A DNA stretch of 64,000 nucleotides from Urechidicola sp. (GTDB lineage: Bacteria > Bacteroidota > Bacteroidia > Flavobacteriales > Flavobacteriaceae), in NCBI GenBank assembly GCA_028599075.1, contig JAQRMW010000277.1:4272-68271 (forward strand), in the 5' to 3' direction. Under the pieces are notes generated by a model that ran no database searches, was not told the DNA's origin, and saw only the letters and a program-made list of their open reading frames with translations. Of this stretch, positions 60,229-64,000 are shown piece after piece. The position numbers and the translations under genes are program-made. Every line of letters begins with the position of its first letter. Within the stretch, counting starts at the first letter, position 1.

Positions 60229-60603
60229 TTATAAAAAATCTTCTAAGGCAATAGTGTGTATTCCGCTGTGTGAATTATGTACTATTGCTTTTCCTTTTTT
60301 AACAAGAAGTAATTGAGGTGATTCATGCCTTACACCATAGTCACTTGCTATTTTGTTAGAGATACTTCTGTAGGCTATTAAATCTAAAAAATACATTTTT
60401 AAGTGATTGTTGTCGATTGTAAAATTTCGCTCAAACTTTTTCAACACCATAGTGCTAATTCCACATCTAGTAGAATGCTTAAAAATTATCACCGGCTTTT
60501 CTGAAGCAGTAATTTCTTCTAACTGATGCATATCTGTTAAAGGTATCCAATCAATTATTTTTTCTTCCTCAGAAACTTTACTACCAAATATTTTTTTTAA
60601 CAA
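60229..60603 (-). CDS. ytxJ: YtxJ-like monothiol thioredoxin-fold protein (bacillithiol-system associated family)
   Basis: VIIFKHSTRCGIS single-Cys motif (T-R-C-x-I-S) in a roughly 120-aa thioredoxin-like protein. Confidence 0.8.
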   Translation of the reverse strand: MLKKIFGSKVSEEEKIIDWIPLTDMHQLEEITASEKPVIIFKHSTRCGISTMVLKKFERNFTIDNNHLKMYFLDLIAYRSISNKIASDYGVRHESPQLLLVKKGKAIVHNSHSGIHTIALEDFL

Positions 60604-60756
60604 AATTTCTTATTTTTTAGATTCGTCGCAAAAATAGACAATACTTTCAAAGAAGACAAATTGTCTTGAATCCCTTTAATAATAGGACTTTTTGTCGTTT
60701 TTACTGCCAATTCATTTAATGGAATATTATTTGAAATGAAATAAGAAAAAGAAATT

Positions 60757-63345
60757 ATGAACTTTAAAAATTATACAATTAAGTCGCAAGAAGCTGTACA
60801 AAAAGCGCAGCAAATTGCACAGGGGTTTCAAAACCCACAAATAAATAATGCTCATGTTTTACAAGGAGTTATTGAGGTAGATGAAAATGTGATTCCATTT
60901 ATTCTAAATAAATTAGGAGTTAACGTAGAGCTATTCAAAAAAACCTTGACAACAATCATTCAAAGTTTTTCTAAAGTAGATGGTGGCGATTTGGCTCTCT
61001 CTAGAAATACCAGTAAAATGCTTATTGATGCAGAGAATATCGCTAAAAAAATGAAAGATGAATATGTTTCCATAGAGCATTTATTATTGGCCATTTTAAA
61101 ATCGAAAGGAGATGCAACTCAGTTGATGAAAGACAATGGTATTAACGAAAAAGATTTAAAGACAGCTATAACAGCATTGAGAAAGGGAGATAAAGTAACT
61201 TCGCAAAATGCAGAAGAAACCTATAACTCGTTAAATAAATACGCTAAGAATTTAAATCAATTAGCCAAGGATGGTAAGCTTGACCCAGTTATTGGACGTG
61301 ATGAAGAAATCCGTAGAATATTACAAATTCTAACACGTCGTACTAAGAACAACCCAATTTTGGTTGGTGAACCTGGTACAGGTAAAACCGCCATTGCCGA
61401 AGGATTAGCACATCGTATTATTAGAGGTGATGTTCCTGAAAATTTAAAATCTAAAGAAGTCTATTCCTTAGATATGGGTGCATTGATAGCAGGTGCTAAA
61501 TTTAAAGGAGAATTTGAAGAACGCTTAAAAGCAGTTATCAAAGAAGTCATTTCTTCTGATGGTGATATCGTTTTATTTATTGATGAGATTCATACATTGG
61601 TTGGAGCTGGTGGCGGACAAGGTGCTATGGATGCAGCTAACATTTTAAAACCTGCTCTAGCCCGAGGAGAATTACGAGCAATTGGTGCAACTACATTAGA
61701 TGAATATCAAAAATATTTTGAAACTGATAAAGCTTTAGAGCGTCGTTTTCAAAAAGTAATGGTGGATGAACCAGATACTGAATCAGCGATTTCTATTTTA
61801 AGAGGAATCAAAGATAAATACGAAACACATCACAAGGTGCGTATTAAGGATGAGGCCATTATTGCTGCTGTAGAATTATCGCAACGCTATATTACCAATC
61901 GGTTTTTACCAGATAAAGCCATTGACTTGATGGATGAAGCCGCTTCTAAACTGCGAATGGAAATTAATTCGAAGCCAGAGGAGTTAGATAAACTCGATCG
62001 TAAAGTAATGCAATTAGAAATTGAAATTGAAGCGATTAAGCGAGAAAATGATAAGGCGAAGCTAAAAGTATTAAAAGCAGATTTAGCCAATATCAAAGAA
62101 GATAGAAATGCAATTAATGCAAAATGGGTTAGTGAAAAAGAAATTGCAGATAAAATACAAGCATCAAAAGAAGCCATTGAAAATTACAAACTCGAAGCTG
62201 AAAAAGCTGAACGAGATGGCAACTATGGCTTAGTTGCTGAAATACGCTATGGAAAAATAAAGCAAGAAGAAGAAACATTGGTAACTTATCAACAAGAGTT
62301 TGAAAAAAATCAAGAAACCTCTTTGATTAAAGAAGAACTAACGAGTGAAGATATTGCCGAAGTAGTTGCAAAATGGACAGGAATACCTGTACAGAAAATG
62401 TTGCAAGGAGAACGTGAAAAGCTATTGCAGTTAGAAACAGAACTTCACAAAAAAGTAGTAGGGCAAGAAGAAGCAATTGAAGCTGTAGCTGATGCTGTAC
62501 GTCGTTCTAGAGCTGGGTTACAAGACAGCAAAAAACCTATTGGTAGTTTCTTATTTTTAGGCACAACAGGAGTTGGTAAAACAGAATTAGCAAAAGCATT
62601 AGCAACCTATTTGTTTGATGATGAAAACGCATTAACACGTATTGATATGAGCGAATATCAAGAACGACATTCGGTTAGTAGATTGGTAGGAGCCCCTCCT
62701 GGATATGTTGGCTATGATGAAGGAGGTCAATTGACAGAAGCTGTTAGAAGAAAGCCTTACTCTATTGTTTTACTAGATGAAATTGAGAAAGCACATCCAG
62801 ACACCTTTAATGTTTTGTTACAAGTGTTGGATGAAGGAAGATTGACTGATAATAAAGGCCGTATCGCTGATTTTAAAAATACTATTATCATCATGACATC
62901 TAATATGGGAGCTGAAATTATTCAGGAACGATTTGAAAATATCGATATGAATAAAAGAGATGAAATTACAGAGCGGACAAAATATGAAGTCGTTGAATTA
63001 TTAAAGAAAACTGTTCGCCCTGAATTTTTAAATCGTATTGATGAGATTATCATGTTTACACCTCTTAACTTAAATGAAATCAATGAAATTGTTAGAATTC
63101 AATTAAAAGGAGTGTCTAAGATGCTAGCAGAAAAAGACATCACTTTTGAAAGTACAGACGAAGCAATTGAAACATTAGGAGAAAAAGGATATGACCCTCA
63201 ATTTGGTGCACGACCTGTTAAGAGAGTGATTCAGAGAGAGATATTAAATGAATTGTCAAAAGAAATATTAAGTGGAAACATTACTGCTGAAACTTCAATA
63301 TTATTAGATGCTTTTGACGGGAAATTTGTTTTTAGAAACAAGTAA
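60757..63345 (+). CDS. clpB: ATP-dependent chaperone ClpB
   Basis: Clp_N domain, two AAA+ modules ([15 protein letters not shown]; [12 protein letters not shown]), a long coiled-coil M-domain and [10 protein letters not shown]. Confidence 0.95.
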   Translation: MNFKNYTIKSQEAVQKAQQIAQGFQNPQINNAHVLQGVIEVDENVIPFILNKLGVNVELFKKTLTTIIQSFSKVDGGDLALSRNTSKMLIDAENIAKKMKDEYVSIEHLLLAILKSKGDATQLMKDNGINEKDLKTAITALRKGDKVTSQNAEETYNSLNKYAKNLNQLAKDGKLDPVIGRDEEIRRILQILTRRTKNNPILVGEPGTGKTAIAEGLAHRIIRGDVPENLKSKEVYSLDMGALIAGAKFKGEFEERLKAVIKEVISSDGDIVLFIDEIHTLVGAGGGQGAMDAANILKPALARGELRAIGATTLDEYQKYFETDKALERRFQKVMVDEPDTESAISILRGIKDKYETHHKVRIKDEAIIAAVELSQRYITNRFLPDKAIDLMDEAASKLRMEINSKPEELDKLDRKVMQLEIEIEAIKRENDKAKLKVLKADLANIKEDRNAINAKWVSEKEIADKIQASKEAIENYKLEAEKAERDGNYGLVAEIRYGKIKQEEETLVTYQQEFEKNQETSLIKEELTSEDIAEVVAKWTGIPVQKMLQGEREKLLQLETELHKKVVGQEEAIEAVADAVRRSRAGLQDSKKPIGSFLFLGTTGVGKTELAKALATYLFDDENALTRIDMSEYQERHSVSRLVGAPPGYVGYDEGGQLTEAVRRKPYSIVLLDEIEKAHPDTFNVLLQVLDEGRLTDNKGRIADFKNTIIIMTSNMGAEIIQERFENIDMNKRDEITERTKYEVVELLKKTVRPEFLNRIDEIIMFTPLNLNEINEIVRIQLKGVSKMLAEKDITFESTDEAIETLGEKGYDPQFGARPVKRVIQREILNELSKEILSGNITAETSILLDAFDGKFVFRNK

Positions 63346-63418
63346 AAATATAACAATTAGATAGTTAACGAATATTTTGTAATTTAGGTACTTAATTACT
63401 AACCTAAATTTAATACTT

Positions 63419-63904
63419 ATGAAAAAACTATTCTTATGCAGCCTTACTGTACTTTTATTTGTAGCCTGCAACAATGAAAAAGCAAGTCAATCTGACGAAA
63501 TTAAGATTGATAATGTAAAAATTATTAGTGAATTATACACCTCTTTCTCTGAAGGAGACATCGATGCAGTTTTAGCTGGTTTTGATGAAAACATTGTTTG
63601 GAACGAAGCTGAGAATTTTCCTTATGATGATGGCAATCCATACATTGGTCCTCAGGCAGTTCTTGATGGTGTATTTGCTCGAGTTGGTGGTGAATGGGAC
63701 AATTTTATTGTTGATGAGAGAATAGTCTATAATATGGATGACGACATGGTTCTAGTTACAGGAAGGTATAAAGGAACCAACAAAGCGACTGGTAAATCTA
63801 TCAATGCACAGTTAGTACATCATTGGACATTAAAAGATGGAAAGATTATACAATTTCAACAATACACAGATACTAAGCAAGTAGCTGATGCCATTGTAGA
63901 ATAA
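63419..63904 (+). CDS. SnoaL-like/NTF2-fold lipoprotein
   Basis: Lipoprotein signal (LFVAC), then an NTF2-like pattern (ELYTSFSEGDIDAVLAGFDENIVW...HHWTLKDGKIIQFQQYTD). Confidence 0.7.
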   Translation: MKKLFLCSLTVLLFVACNNEKASQSDEIKIDNVKIISELYTSFSEGDIDAVLAGFDENIVWNEAENFPYDDGNPYIGPQAVLDGVFARVGGEWDNFIVDERIVYNMDDDMVLVTGRYKGTNKATGKSINAQLVHHWTLKDGKIIQFQQYTDTKQVADAIVE

Positions 63905-63929
63905 TCATTTCTAAACAAAACTAGAAAAG

Positions 63930-63955
63930 CCTCTTGTAAAACCAAGAGGTTTTTT
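63930..63955 (+). terminator. rho-independent terminator
   Basis: CCTCTTG taaaac CAAGAGG followed by TTTTTT. Confidence 0.8.
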
Positions 63956-64000
63956 GATTAATCAAAAAAGCTATGAACTTACAAGAAATAAATACTATAG

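Noticed and set aside
63973-64000. A possible CDS start (ATGAACTTACAAGAAATAAATACTATAG) at the right edge
   Set aside because: Only 9 codons are visible. That cannot be distinguished from chance, so it is not reported as a feature.

Overview
This is a low-GC window that looks like core chromosome of a Flavobacteriia-type Bacteroidota genome. The lineage call is an inference from four things: three cargo proteins with type-IX-secretion C-terminal sorting domains, a roughly 755-aa mitochondrial-type aconitase, DUF4290-murA synteny, and TAnnTTTG-type -7 promoter boxes. Almost everything is housekeeping. Recognisable genes are the leuC-leuD-(leuA/cimA-like)-leuB operon, grpE-dnaJ, murA, a UvrD-family helicase, gyrA, clpC-like and clpB, glyA, gcvT, lysA, pepT, pepP, aconitase, thiolase, topoisomerase III, rmuC, a PgpH-like 7TM-HD protein and an SLC12-type transporter. 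RNA genes the ORF track cannot show are RNase P RNA (rnpB, minus strand, about 26894-27211, hidden under a spurious ORF) and a tRNA-Ser(GCU)/Pro(UGG)/Arg(UCU) cluster. I found no CRISPR array, integrase, transposase, prophage or recognisable defence island, and I cannot honestly point to a clear novel multi-gene system. Five observations seem most worth a second look. (1) A FadL/OmpP1-family outer-membrane channel gene is inactivated by two in-frame stops, each one G->A change from TGG. (2) A family of REP/MITE-like palindromic intergenic elements has six copies, and some of them bracket that pseudogene. (3) Degenerate heptamer 'stutter' arrays occupy the spacers of the leu operon. (4) A candidate leu leader combines a branched-chain-rich 13-codon uORF with two mutually exclusive hairpins. 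(5) A two-TM membrane-anchored OmpR-type winged-helix one-component regulator is divergent from a secreted protein. All calls come from reading the sequence and from recalled family signatures; no searches were run.
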